Origin: Octopus bimaculoides
Lineage: Eukaryota
Assembly (NCBI RefSeq): GCF_001194135.2
Contig: NC_068985.1
Coordinates: forward strand, 39,678,024-39,741,537
DNA length: 63,514 nt
Direction of reading: 5' to 3'
Below the pieces are notes generated by a model. The model did no database searches. It was not told the DNA's origin and was given only the letters and a program-made list of their open reading frames with translations. Made by a program: the position numbers and the translations under genes. Positions 12,481 to 25,740 of the stretch are shown here, piece after piece (position 1 is the stretch's first letter; every line of letters begins with the position of its first letter).

Positions 12481-13838
12481 GTTGTTTAAGGGTCACAATA
12501 AATGTCTTCGGGCGCCACTAATAGTTTCACGTGTCTGAAAATCTAAACACGTTCTTCAGGCGCAGACCACTCTTTGTGCTGAACTAAGAACTTTAAATAT
12601 GGCGTTGGACGTGAGAAAATGCGAAAAAACGTGAAAAAATGGTAGCATATAGAAGACTCTAACTTCTAACCGGAAAAAGGAACCCAGGAGACTTGATGTA
12701 AATGTAAATAATGCACGAAATTAAATGTAAATTAAATGTAATGTAAATTGTGTACGATGAGTAAAAATGTATGCGAAAAATACAGGTGTAGCTGTGTGGT
12801 AAGTAGCTTGCTTACCAGCCACATGGTTCCAGGTTCATTCCTACTGCGTGGTACCTTGGGCAAGTGTCTTCTACTATAGCCTCGGGCTGACCAAAGCCTT
12901 CTGAGTGGATTTGGTAGACGGAAACTGAAAGAAGCCTGTCGTATATATGTATATATGTATGTGTGTGTACATGCTTATGTGTTTGTGTTTGCCCCCAACA
13001 TCGCTTGACAACCGATGCTGGTGTGTTTAGGTCCCCGTAAATTAGCGGTTCGGCAAAAGACACCGATAGAATAAGTACTAGGCTTACAAAGAATAAATCC
13101 TGGGTCGATTTGCTCGGCTAAAGGCTGTGCTCCAGCATGGCCGCAGTCAAATGACTGAAACAAGTAAAAGAGTAAAAGAGAATATAAAATGTAAGGTAAA
13201 AATGTAGGGGTATAAATATAAGAAATGTCGGAAATATAAAAATTTATAAAAGTCATAAAGGATAAAAGATAAACCTAAAAATAAATATTAAAATAAACGG
13301 GGGGAAAACTATAGTAGTAAGCAATCTAACTTCCTTAGTCTTTAAGTAGTAAGGTCAAGGGGTGGATGTCAAATCAATATGGGACGCGTGGGGTTGTCCA
13401 GTTCTTCAAAATCTATTTTTGCATGTGTCTGTAATCACTGAAAATTTCAGACCTCGAGTTCAATATTGAGTTAAGGATTTTTTGATCTGAACAGTATCTG
13501 TTCCCTTTCAGCCAAGCAAAGCTTATATTTCTTTGATCTATTCACATAAGATGTGGATTTTACGATTATTTTCCATTTAATCGTATATGGCGTTCTATTC
13601 TCTTTCAAAGCCCACACGTGGCTGGTTAACTTTGTGATCTTACTCTTGTCTCTATATCAGAAGGAGGCAACGTGGTTGGCATAACGTTTTTTAAAGACCT
13701 ATATTGGATTATGGACGCCATATTTAATGTTCTTAGTTCAGCACGAAGAGTAGTCTGCTCCTGAAGAGCGCGTTTAGATTTTAAGACACGTGAATTTATT
13801 AGTAGCGTCTGAAGACATTTATTGTGACCCTTAAACAA

Positions 13839-13839
<1 letters not shown>
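12481..13839. mobile_element. Candidate DNA element with 125-bp terminal inverted repeats (SINE nested inside)
   Basis: 12481-12605 is the reverse complement of 13715-13839 (first 29 nt identical, about 12 mismatches overall by eye). Confidence 0.55.
12782..13180 (+). mobile_element. SINE family B, full length
   Basis: Head, CORE-like CCTTGGGCAAGTGTC, internal TA/TG microsatellite, 3' ...GCATGGCCGCAGTCAAATGACTGAAACAAGTAAAAGAG. Confidence 0.9.
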
Positions 13840-13903
<64 letters not shown>

Positions 13904-13929
13904 AACACACACACACACACACATATAAA

Positions 13930-14620
13930 CACACACTCATATGATGGCTGTTCACTCGTGACCGAGGAAGTCCATCACTGGCCATTGCCTGTGCAAAATG
14001 CCAGCAATGTCAGCAATGCTCGTGCTTGGCTTTATTGCACCAGTAGTAGGCTACACGTGTACGTGGCTTCCATGCTTACCGCTGCTCGCTCCTACTCAAT
14101 CGGGTATCAGATAGCTGCCTCACCGGCGACTGCGTAACCTAAAATTTAGGACTAATAATGCTTACACAACCTCTCGACCCTATTGACATGGTCCAGAGGC
14201 AATCCAGGGCAAGATAACCAGTGCTAAAATGGGTCGCATCCTCAGGAATGTGAGAGCGCCGTGAATTAAGGCACAAGCGAAAGATCCCCAAAGTGTTCAA
14301 AGCCATATCCGGTTTTATATCAAAATGATCTTTTGCTAGAGACATGCTTTAACATAAATTAAGGGGTGCCTTACTCTCAATAGTCTTCTAGCACACCAAA
14401 CACCAACCCGGAATATCTGAAGGCCTGTACTATTTACTAAATAGTCGTAGAATCTACGATAGGTTCGTCAGGTCCTTTCCACGTGTGTTTTGAGGTCTAC
14501 TGGGTTTCTAGCAACCCTCTTCACCAGGCAAGCTTACTGGAAGTGCCAGTTTGGTTGGCGACGACCCGACTATGCCACAAGTTTTACTGGATTCTATGTC
14601 ACAAGTGATCTGACCTAATA
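13930..14620 (-). mobile_element. Probable L1/Tx1-like LINE RT-region remnant
   Basis: GC-richer block whose broken translation (TWKG..., SGLVFG, LGIFRLCL..RRS, PGLPL) loosely follows the L1/Tx1 RT C-terminal order. Confidence 0.35.
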
Positions 14621-14824
14621 TATATATTCGATATAATTTAAAATAAAAAGAAACATGTTAGTAATAGACTTCCGGTAACACATGAGCGATGATGTACAGG
14701 CAACGAGATTACAAAAGTTCAATTTGAGCCTTTTTTTTCTAGGTCCCTTTCATTTTTAAAAGGTGTTCTGAAATAAAAATAATAATTATTCACTTTTTTT
14801 ACATCTATACATCTAGATAAATAA

Positions 14825-14957
14825 TTACATACATACATACGCCAGCAAATACACAAACATACACACACACACACACACTCACACACACACTCACTCACAC
14901 ACACACACACTCACTCACACACACACACAGATACACATGCACACACACACAGACACG

Positions 14958-14988
<31 letters not shown>

Positions 14989-15351
14989 GCACACTCAACC
15001 ACTCTGTCTCTTTTACATATACATGCATACACATATATGCACATACATTCACATGCAATCACACATACGTATAAATGGATTTATATCACTGATATATAAC
15101 CAGATGTATAAATATATATACACAAACATTTCACACGGAGAATCCTCTGGACATACATTGGCTGTTGTATGTAGCCAGCTTGACAAACACATACAAATAC
15201 ATGCAATTTTACGCGCACGCGCACACACATACAACGCGCGCTCACGCACGCACCCACACACATTGAGGGAGAAAGAAATAGATATTAATAGATAGATCGA
15301 TCGATCGATAGATAAATAGACAGACAGACAAAGTGATAGATAGATAGATAT

Positions 15352-15404
<53 letters not shown>

Positions 15405-15410
15405 CAAATT
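14825..15410. repeat. (CA)n / (GATA)n microsatellite field
   Basis: Direct reading. Confidence 0.9.
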
Positions 15411-15748
15411 TTACACACAATTCACTTTTGCACGACTATACAAACATGGACTCCACAATCCGCATATACTTTTGCACATATGTAAACAAAAATAAGAATA
15501 GACACGACGCGTTCCTCCTCCTACACACGCACACTCGCACGCACACACATATACACACTTCCGACCGCGCCTGTACACCTATAAGAAATACTTGTGCGCC
15601 CACGTATATACATATGTACATAAATTATATGCATAAATATTTAGATATATGTTTACACAGAACTCTTTTCTTTTTTTCATTCTTTCTCTCTTTTTGTTTC
15701 TCACATATACAAAGACATAATAATGGACGTGCGCGTGTAGATAATACA

Positions 15749-15910
15749 AACAGTTGTAGTCGTTCGTTTCACTGTAGCAGACGATATTTCAACGAAACTG
15801 GAACAGTGTGTCCGATGTAGAATATACATTATAACAGTCACAAAACTTGATGATTTAAAAATATAGGAAAATAAAATAATCATAATAATTTCAAGAAGAA
15901 TTACTCAAAG
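15749..15910 (+). other. Candidate non-coding first exon of the SAM gene
   Basis: Consensus donor AAG|gtaagc at 15910/15911 after unique sequence, downstream of CpG-containing microsatellite DNA. Splicing to 34970 places an in-frame TAA upstream of ATG 34972. The start coordinate is a guess. Confidence 0.3.
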
Positions 15911-16660
15911 GTAAGCAATTAATAAATTTCATTCATTTTTTAAAAAATATATTTTCATTATTTTCTCTATTATTTTGTTTTGTGATGTAATTTAATTAAA
16001 ACATTTCTTATGTGCATACTTTAAATTTATATATGAAGCAATTTAGAAAATAAACGAGGAACAAGAAAGTATTAATGGCAGAAAGAAAAAAAAAAGAGAA
16101 AACAAAGAATTCCAGAATTAATTATGTTGGTGAGGGAGTAAATGTAGAAGCCAAATAATGAATCTAGTCACAGCGTTCACATTACTTCCGCTCAGTGACA
16201 GTGTGTGTGTGTGTNNNNNNNNNNNNNNNNNNNNNNNNNNNNNNNNNNNNNNNNNNNNNNNNNNNNNNNNNNNNNNNNNNNNNNNNNNNNNNNNNNNNNN
16301 NNNNNNNNNNNNNNNNNNNNNNNNNNNNNNNNNNNNNNNNNNNNNNNNNNNNNNNNNNNNNNNNNNNNNNNNNNNNNNNNNNNNNNNNNNNNNNNNNNNN
16401 NNNNNNNNNNNNNNNNNNNNNNNNNNNNNNNNNNNNNNNNNNNNNNNNNNNNNNNNNNNNNNNNNNNNNNNNNNNNNNNNNNNNNNNNNNNNNNNNNNNN
16501 NNNNNNNNNNNNNNNNNNNNNNNNNNNNNNNNNNNNNNNNNNNNNNNNNNNNNNNNNNNNNNNNNNNNNNNNNNNNNNNNNNNNNNNNNNNNNNNNNNNN
16601 NNNNNNNNNNNNNNNNNNNNNNNNNNNNNNNNNNNNNNNNNNNNNNNNNNNNNNNNNNNN

Positions 16661-16703
<43 letters not shown>

Positions 16704-17218
16704 CAGTTATATTTAAACAAGTGTGCCCCACCATCTAACTTTGTTTCCTCATAACGTCCTGATAATGGAAATTTTTTAATAAATTGTTTTACAAATATGC
16801 TTCAGATAATGCATATTCTGATTATATCGGAACCTTTAAAAAAAATTTTCCGAGGGTAAGGAAGAGATTTTCTGTAAATTGACAAAAGTCGTCTTTGTTT
16901 CCTCATAATTTTCAGGAAAGTTGCATACATTTTATGAAATTTTCTACAAATACGTTTCAGACGGTGTAGATTACATTTAGTGACACATCACAATTTTTTT
17001 TGAAATTTCAATTTCTATTTTGTGATGTGTGTCAGTATGGATGTGTGTTAACCTACCATTTTCTTTCTTTTCTTTTCATATTAAATTTCAAGATAAACGT
17101 AATATACACCAAGTGAAAGGTATTTATAGAATATTTCATTTAAAAAATATCCATTTTATTTTTTGGAAGTTATGAGGAAAGAAAGCGTGGGTGTGCCTAC
17201 ACACACACACACATACAT

Positions 17219-17955
17219 ATTCTTTTATTTGTTTCAGTCATTTGACTGCAGCCATGCTGGAGCACCGCCTTTAGTCGAGCAAATCGACCCCAGGACTTAT
17301 TCTTTGTAAGCCTAGTACTTATTCTATCGGTTTGTCTTGCCGAACCGCTATGTGACGGGACTTAAACAGACCAGCATCGGTTGTCAAGCGATGTTGGGGG
17401 GACAAACACAGACACACAAACATACATATATATATATATATANNNNNNNNNNNNNNNNNNNNNNNNNNNNNNNNNNNNNNNNNNNNNNNNNNNNNNNNNN
17501 NNNNNNNNNNNNNNNNNNNNNNNNNNNNNNNNNNNNNNNNNNNNNNNNNNNNNNNNNNNNNNNNNNNNNNNNNNNNNNNNNNNNNNNNNNNNNNNNNNNN
17601 NNNNNNNNNNNNNNNNNNNNNNNNNNNNNNNNNNNNNNNNNNNNNNNNNNNNNNNNNNNNNNNNNNNNNNNNNNNNNNNNNCACATACATATTCTTTTAT
17701 TTGTTTCAGTCATTTGACTGCAGCCATGCTGGAGCACCGCCTTTAGTCGAGCAAATCGACCCCAGGACTTATTCTTTGTAAGCCTAGTACTTATTCTATC
17801 GGTTTGTCTTGCCGAACCGCTATGTGACGGGACTTAAACAGACCAGCATCGGTTGTCAAGCGATGTTGGGGGGACAAACACAGACACACAAACATACATA
17901 TATATATACGACGGGCTTCTTTCAGTTCCCGTCTACCAAATCCACTCACAAGGCA
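17219..17955 (-). mobile_element. SINE family B, duplicated across gap
   Basis: 17219-17442 is essentially identical to 17685-17910. Confidence 0.85.
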
Positions 17956-18648
17956 CTCCTACAAATTTACAGCAAAGTACAATCGGTTATGAATACATTT
18001 TAAGATTGTAGTTTATAACATTTGTAAGAAAACAACTGTAGACTCTTGACACCGTTTGAAGTACAAATCCCAATTTCTCTAGCAATGACTTGAATCTCAA
18101 TGATCGTTGTTTCTTCTACTGTGTATGTTGAAGTTTTATCTCCATTAATTGTTAATTATTCTGGTCATCTCACGTAAATATGTTTGAGTATCTGCATGTG
18201 TACTTGTGTGCACACGGTAAGGTAGAGGTAGGCTTCCTGCAAATGACATGAATCTCTGGCAAATATTCGTTTGTTCTGTAACAATGGTTTTCTCCCGTAG
18301 TCAATAATGGCCAAATCCTCGTCACATGTAAGGACTTTTGAGGATTACTGAAGGCGTCACGACACCTTCTGTAGTCCTCAGTGAAATGTGAAATGGTGCA
18401 GAATTCATGTATGTGAGTTTGGGTATTTATGTGAATTCGGGCGCATGCGTAATAGGAACGTGTGTATTGTGTGTTTTTGTGTGTGGTATTGTGTATGCGT
18501 TGTGTGTACATGTTGTGTGAGTACATAAACGTACATGTGTGCAAGCAAAACCGAATGATAAAGCAGTTCACTTCGCGATCAAGATGTCACGAACTTGATC
18601 CCGTAGTTCAAAACCCTCGACAAGTATCTCTCTATTGTAGACCCGTGC

Positions 18649-18789
18649 CATTGGCGTAGCTAGGATGTGCGCCGCCTGGAGCAGCCCTTGAGTTTGTCGC
18701 CCTTAACAGATTTATAGAGCAGACGCAAAAGCGCTGTCCCCATAAAAGCTTGCACGAGGCAGACCTCCTACAGTGTCGCTACGCCGCTG
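18649..18789. mobile_element. hAT-like MITE
   Basis: TIRs CATTGGCGTAGC / GCTACGCCGCTG; degenerate 8-bp TSD acccgtgc/ccctgtac. Confidence 0.5.
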
Positions 18790-19724
18790 CCCTGTACTGA
18801 TAGAATCTTTTTGATTGAAATTGGGTTAATGTAAAACAGTGTAGAAACTCGTTGGATTGTCTGTACTTATGATTTGAAGTTCCCAGCATTGTCACACAAT
18901 GTTACGCCGATTCCGTTCAAGTACCGTTAAAGGAGACATATGTCAGCGGAATACTTATCCACTTAAATACTAACTAAAGAATTGAATAACTCAGTTGACA
19001 GAACAACCAGGATACATAACGTCGAATCTGATAGAGAATCCCTTTACCACCTCCCTATTTTTTTTTTTTTACATATATTCGTTACTCCTGAGAGTTCCAA
19101 CTTTTTCCTTAAACACATCCCCCTTTAATCTTCTCCTTAATTTCACCCCTTAAATACCTTAATATTTTAATTTGCTTTCTTTGCTGTAGATGTTGTCTTC
19201 GGTTTTGCTTTGCATGATGCACCATTTTACTGAATGTCATTATGCCAAATAGATACAACAATCTGTCTTAATTACCATCTTACTGACACTGTAATGATAT
19301 GCAAACACCGAACATCATACGTTGTACTCACGAATATCTATGCATTAGTATGTATACTTTTATGTATGTATTTCTTATACAAATGTACAGGTGTACATAT
19401 GTATATATTTATGTATGTGTTAGTGTGGTAGACCGGGAAGGAATTAATACATTTCTATACATATATGCATGTTTTCTGAATGCATGAACAAACAAGTCTG
19501 CACATGCCTTAATATAATATACTCCTTAAAGATCAATTCAGAATCTTCTAATCACGGTTTGTGTCCACCTAACATAAATGGAAAAAGAAAAGGAGAATGA
19601 TTATANNNNNNNNNNNNNNNNNNNNNATTTAATTTTTTTTTTTTTTTTTTTTTAGTTATAAGTGTCTGGTTTTATTCTCTTGTGAATCTTTTAATTCGAA
19701 ATATTTACCTTTGTAAACATCGTC

Positions 19725-20240
19725 CTGCAGACAATGTCCTGTTTGTCCTCTCTATGTTTAGCCCACTGTGGGCAATAAAGAAATAAATATTCTGGTTCAG
19801 TAAGGCAGCGAGCTGGCAGAATCTTTAGCACGCCGGACGAAATGCTTAGCGGTATTTCGTCTGCTGTTACGTTCTGAGTTCAAATTCCACCGAGGTCCAC
19901 TTTGCCTTTCATCCTTTAGAGGTCGATAAATTAAGTACCAGTTACGCACTGGAGTCGATGTAATCGACTTAATCCCTTTGTCTGTCCATGTTTGTACCCT
20001 CTATGTTTAGCCCCTTGTGGGTAATAAAGAAATAAGAATCATTAGCACGCCGAGAAAAATGTTTAACGGTATCTCGCCCAGCTAAACGTTCTGCGTTCAA
20101 ATTCCGGCGAGGTTTTACTTTGCTTTTCATCCATTCCGGGTCGATGAAATAAGTACCAGTTGAGTACTGGTCTCGATGTAATCGACTTACTTTTTCCCCG
20201 AAATCGCTGACCCTGCGCCAAAATTGGAAACCAATATTGT
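19725..20240 (+). mobile_element. Tandem SINE family C copies (3' fragment, full copy, 5'-truncated copy)
   Basis: Family C consensus repeated head to tail. Confidence 0.85.
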
Positions 20241-20562
20241 TCTGAGTTGGTAGCATTGGACAAATTGCTTTGCTGCATTTAGTTATATTCCCTTATAAGT
20301 TCAACTCCCACCGAATTCAGCTTTGTTCTTAGCCTTTTCGGAATGGATAAAACAAGATGCCGGTAAATAATGGAATCGAAGTAACAGACAAAACTCTCCC
20401 TAAACATTTTATGGCTTTGTATTTATATTAGACTTTGGTAGCGATAGACATGGAATCGCAAAAGCGTTTGTGACGGACAAAATACCTTGCACTTTATAGT
20501 TATGTATCCTAATACTTTTGTGATGTTTATGATTTCTCTCTCTCTCTCTCACTCTCTCTTTG

Positions 20563-20612
<50 letters not shown>

Positions 20613-23026
20613 CTTTTTTTATGCAAGGACTTTAATAGCCAGAGACAAAATACCTACAACTTTGGACTCTAGCTGTCAGTCACAAATTACAGTGTTCGCA
20701 GTATATTAATATTGGTTTTACTATTTTTACTATTGGCCCCAAGAATGAAGTTTTTGTTTTACTTTTTTTGCTATCGCGGATTCTCATGACTGTCTGTCGC
20801 CATACAATTCCATTATTATGAATTTGAGTTGGGAGCTTGAGTCACAGTGAATTTTTCATTAGCTGATTACACAACAACGGACGCTGACCCTATGATGAGT
20901 TGCAGTTAGAGCTTGATCATCTTAACCATTGCTCTTCTAGGATTCTTCCACTCAGTATCAATGTAAGAAGCAATGTTGGCTCAGTTGAGCACTTCCGCTA
21001 GCTCTTCACAATCCGCCATGCTGAAGTACCATGACTTCGCAATATCCTTGGTAGGTAGACTAAACAGGTGCTGTACATTTCCAAAGAGCAAATCGTAACT
21101 ACGCAGGGCACGGTCATCACTCTGTGTGGTATTTTCAAAATAACCGCATACTTAATAAAATTAAAGTGACCTTCAGCAATGTTTAAACTTAGAAGATGTG
21201 GCTAAACTAATCTTTTTCAAATAACAATAAACATACTGACTAATATTTATGTTCAATTTTTTTAGAGCTTAAGTAGATGAGAGATAAATGTCTCTATCAA
21301 TCGCAAGTAGTTTTATTTCCTCCACAAGAGGAAATAAAGTCAGCACTGCATGCTAAGATTTCGTACACAGAACCAATAGTGATGTTGCTGCATCGGGAGA
21401 CACGAGCTGCTCTTACCTTGTGGAACCTACTTACGGCTAGGTTGACTACGTACGTAATACAACTGGTTGTCTGTCACTCTATCCAGTAAGCCATTCTCAC
21501 TCTCAAAACATACAGGTGAGACTATTATCGGGTGTTTACACTGATGCTGTATCGTTTTCTACCAGCCTGCCAAACATTAGTGCATATGTCATAGCAATTT
21601 GTCAACGTTTTGGGGGAAGGCAATAGTCGATTTTATGGTTTCCACTATTTTACAGGTATTGGAAGGATGAAAACAAAAATCAACCTCGCTGGGTTTACAA
21701 TTCAAAATGCAAAAATGCACAGCAAAATACAGCAAGACATTTTGTCCGATGCACCGCCAATTCTTTTATATCGTACTGAGGCTACATCAATTGCCTGTAT
21801 TTGTTACTGAATCCAAAACTGATTTGTGTATCGAAAACAAAACCATTTTGTTGTCAACGGCATACAATACAATTTATGGTAATTCTGGTTTTGGTATCTC
21901 GTCATCCGAAAAAGACGGTTGTGCAATTTCTTGCTGAACAAATGATTTGTTTATAGTAATTATATCGACCTTGTCTGAACAGGTGCTCGGCGTATCTCAC
22001 ATCAGGCGTTGAAGTGATCGCAGAGCAATGTAAGGTGAAGTGTTTTTTTCTCAAGAACACAACGCTCCACCCTGTCTAGGAATTGAAACCACGATCATAC
22101 GACCGTGAGTACAACACCCAAACCACGACGCTATGCACTCTCAACTCAACGACATATACAAGAATAGAAATTCCAATATTTTTATATTTTCTTTTTCTCT
22201 TTTCTGAATTTTAACTACCAGCTCTTATCTTAATGGATTAGTCAGGAGGAATGGCTTATGTCTATGACCATCGTTGACATTCGAAGTTTGGCTGATACAC
22301 ACGATATCGAAACATCTGTAAATCACCATCTGAAGAAAATGGGGGAGGATAGAATTCCAGAGGGATCTTGCTCAGAGAAAGAAGGATTAGTCTCAGCGAT
22401 TAATACTGAGTCTAGGAAAAACATAAAGTAGAGTAGCGAGAGGGAGAATGACGGATGTGGTACGCAGCTTGCTGGTTTCGATGAGTTGCAGTCGTAATAG
22501 GATGGGAAGAGAGAGGAGCTAGTACCTCTATTGACCTAAAATTGTGTTGGTGAATGAGTCTTTACTAATCGATCGGATGGCTTTCAATGGCTTTCTTTAG
22601 GATGTCTTCTAGAATGTTTGTGTGTGTAGCAGATAATTGTAAATGTTGTTTTAGTGTATTTTCATTTTAACAGACTCATTAATAATTGAAACCTCTAATT
22701 ATTAGCTGTTACTTACCTAGGGTAAATGAAAGAACGATTGACAAATGACAAATTGATATTTCCTTTAGACTTCCTTAAACTTCCTTTTCATTGTTGACAG
22801 ATCGAACAAACATTTAATAGAATATTCAATTACTTCGTCTTTATAGTTATATACACTAACATTAGTTATTTAACAAGCTGTTGTTGTTGTTGCTGTTGCT
22901 GTTGTGGCTACTTAGTCCAATGTCGAATCTCACTGAGATAACATATAATCATATATATATATATAAAGTGAGAAAGAGAGAGAAACGAAAAATGTGATGA
23001 GATGGTCATAGCAGGAATACTTTTAT

Positions 23027-23915
23027 ATGTATATATATATATGTGTGTATGTGTGTGTATATGTTTGTGTGTCTGTGTTTGTCCCCCCACCAACATCGCT
23101 TGACAACCGATGCTGGTGTGTTTACATCCCCGTAGNNNNNNNNNNNNNNNNNNNNNNNNNNNNNNNNNNNNNNNNNNNNNNNNNNNNNNNNNNNNNNNNN
23201 NNNNNNNNNNNNNNNNNNNNNNNNNNNNNNNNNNNNNNNNNNNNNNNNNNNNNNNNNNNNNNNNNNNNNNNNNNNNNNNNNNNNNNNNNNNNNNNNNNNN
23301 NNNNNNNNNNNNNNNNNNNNNNNNNNNNNNNNNNNNNNNNNNNNNNNNNNNNNNNNNNNNNNNNNNNNNNNNNNNNNNNNNNNNNNNNNNNNNNNNNNNN
23401 NNNNNNNNNNNNNNNNNNNNNNNNNNNNNNNNNNNNNNNNNNNNNNNNNNNNNNNNNNNNNNNNNNNNNNNNNNNNNNNNNNNNNNNNNNNNNNNNNNNN
23501 NNNNNNNNNNNNNNNNNNNNNNNNNNNNNNNNNNNNNNNNNNNNNNNNNNNNNNNNNNNNNNNNNNTGGCACCTTGGGCAAGTCTCTTCTACTACAGCCT
23601 CGGGCCGACCAAAGCCTTGTGAGTGGATTTGGTAGACGGAAACTGAAAGAAACCCGTCGTATATATGTATATATATATATGTGTGTATGTGTGTGTATAT
23701 GTTTGTGTGTCTGTGTTTGTCCCCCCACCAACATCGCTTGACAACCGATGCTGGTGTGTTTACATCCCCGTAGCCTAGCGGTTGGGCAAAACAGACCAAT
23801 AGAATAAGTACTAGGCTTACAAAGAATAAATCCTGGAGTTGATTTGCTCGACTAAAGGCGGTGCTCCAGCATGGCCGCAGTCAAATGACTGAAACAAGTA
23901 AAAGAGTAAAAGAGT
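23027..23915 (+). mobile_element. SINE family B, part duplicated across gap
   Basis: Family B consensus; 23027-23135 is repeated near 23664-23772. Confidence 0.85.
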
Positions 23916-24582
23916 ATCCCATCTTTTTTCTGAAGAACAGCACATTGTGACCTTCTTTTCTAAGGCGACAAGGTATGAGCTGTGACGGACTTGGCTCTAT
24001 ATCGAACGAGTGACCATGTAAAAGCTCTCTCACATGTTTGTCTAACAAAAGCAAATGAATTTATGAGGTGACTGGAGCCAGTGAATAAAACAGCGTGCCA
24101 TCTGCGGAGAGCATTTGATGACAACACGTGTCTATTGTTACTGACATGGATTCACTAGATATAAGATTTAATATTTTTAGATAAGAATGCATGTGATGCT
24201 GTGGCTTTCTTCTCACCTACAGAACTTATAAACCTCAGTATTACAGCCAAAGGATTCCGTGTTTTGAATAGCATTCATCTAAAACTACTGCACATTATGT
24301 AGTCTATATTTTTATAAAACAGTAAGATGTGATTTGGCAGGGATTTGGCTGCTATTCAAAGCAGGTCGAGCGACCACGTAGAGATTCCTATGCTAAGTAT
24401 CATAAACGAGATGAATACCATAGGGCTGAAAAATAGCTGGAATGAGGGTGGAGTTCTGTTATATCATTAGTACCTTTTATTATTTCCAGTCTCCCTTGCA
24501 TAGAAAATATTACATTGCATGTCCGATTAAAATAAAATAAAAACAGCAGCAAATTACTCTAGCATATCACTTTTGAAACACT

Positions 24583-24916
24583 CTTTTACTCTTTTACTTG
24601 TTTCAGTCATTTGACTGTGGCCATGCTAGAGCACCGCCTTTAGATGAGCAAATCGACTCCAGGACTTATTCTTTGTAAGCTTAGTACTTATTCTATCGGT
24701 CTCTTTTGCCGAACCGCTAAGGTACGGGGACGTAAACACACCAGTATCGGTTGTCAAGCGATGTTGGGGGGCCAAACACAGACACACAAACATATACACA
24801 CATACATATATATACATATATACGACGGGTTTCTTTCAGTTCCCGTCTACCAAATTCACTCACGAGGCTTTGGTCGGCCTGAGGCTATAGTAGAAGACAC
24901 ATGCCCAAGGTGCCAC
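24583..24916 (-). mobile_element. SINE family B
   Basis: Family B consensus, ends in a gap. Confidence 0.88.
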
Positions 24917-25288
24917 NNNNNNNNNNNNNNNNNNNNNNNNNNNNNNNNNNNNNNNNNNNNNNNNNNNNNNNNNNNNNNNNNNNNNNNNNNNNNNNNNNNN
25001 NNNNNNNNNNNNNNNNNNNNNNNNNNNNNNNNNNNNNNNNNNNNNNNNNNNNNNNNNNNNNNNNNNNNNNNNNNNNNNNNNNNNNNNNNNNNNNNNNNNN
25101 NNNNNNNNNNNNNNNNNNNNNNNNNNNNNNNNNNNNNNNNNNNNNNNNNNNNNNNNNNNNNNNNNNNNNNNNNNNNNNNNNNNNNNNNNNNNNNNNNNNN
25201 NNAGAAACTCGAAGCAATTTAAAATAATCGTGAAACAAATTTCAAAATTTCTGGTCAAATGTAATGGTAGATATTTAGATAAAACATA

Positions 25289-25505
25289 CGAGGGAATGCT
25301 GAAAAGTTCCTGGCTTTAAGGGTGCCGTGAAAGGCCTAGCTGGAGGTCCAGCTTTCCAAGTTCTTTAACGGAACTTAGAAAAACTGAAAGACCGCTGCAA
25401 TAAGTGTGTGAATCTGAGAGGGGAATATGTTGGATAAAATCATAATTAACTGATCCTCTTCTATTTTCTTTTACCCAAAACTAAGAACTTTTCAACACGC
25501 CCTTG
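25289..25505 (+). mobile_element. Mariner-derived MITE (internally deleted)
   Basis: TA-flanked TIRs CGAGGGAATGCTGAAAAGTTC / GAACTTTTCAACACGCCCTTG; retains the transposase C-terminus LEKLKDRCNKCVNLRGEYV. Confidence 0.85.
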
Positions 25506-25740
25506 TAGGAAATATCTGTTTTGGACTGTTTGAACTTACGCCCATTCGTTTTAAATCTGAATTCACTTCATCCTTTGATTTTGTCTTCCGCAAGTAAACA
25601 CAATGCTGTGTTTACTTATGAATGATGAAAGCTTTGTTCTCAAAACAGTGTTACCTTGCCTCAAGTTACAAGTACTAGTATTTCACAAATAGGGAAGCAA
25701 GTGGGGACCCTACAAGAAGCCTACACTTGAAATCCAGCGC

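Noticed and set aside
16720-17205. Possible DNA-transposon derivative related to 62440-62610
   Set aside because: Some similarity and TIR-like ends, but boundaries and class could not be supported by eye.
22250-22620. Possible RTE 3' remnant (HHLKKMGEDRIP)
   Set aside because: Similarity too short and degenerate to support as a feature.
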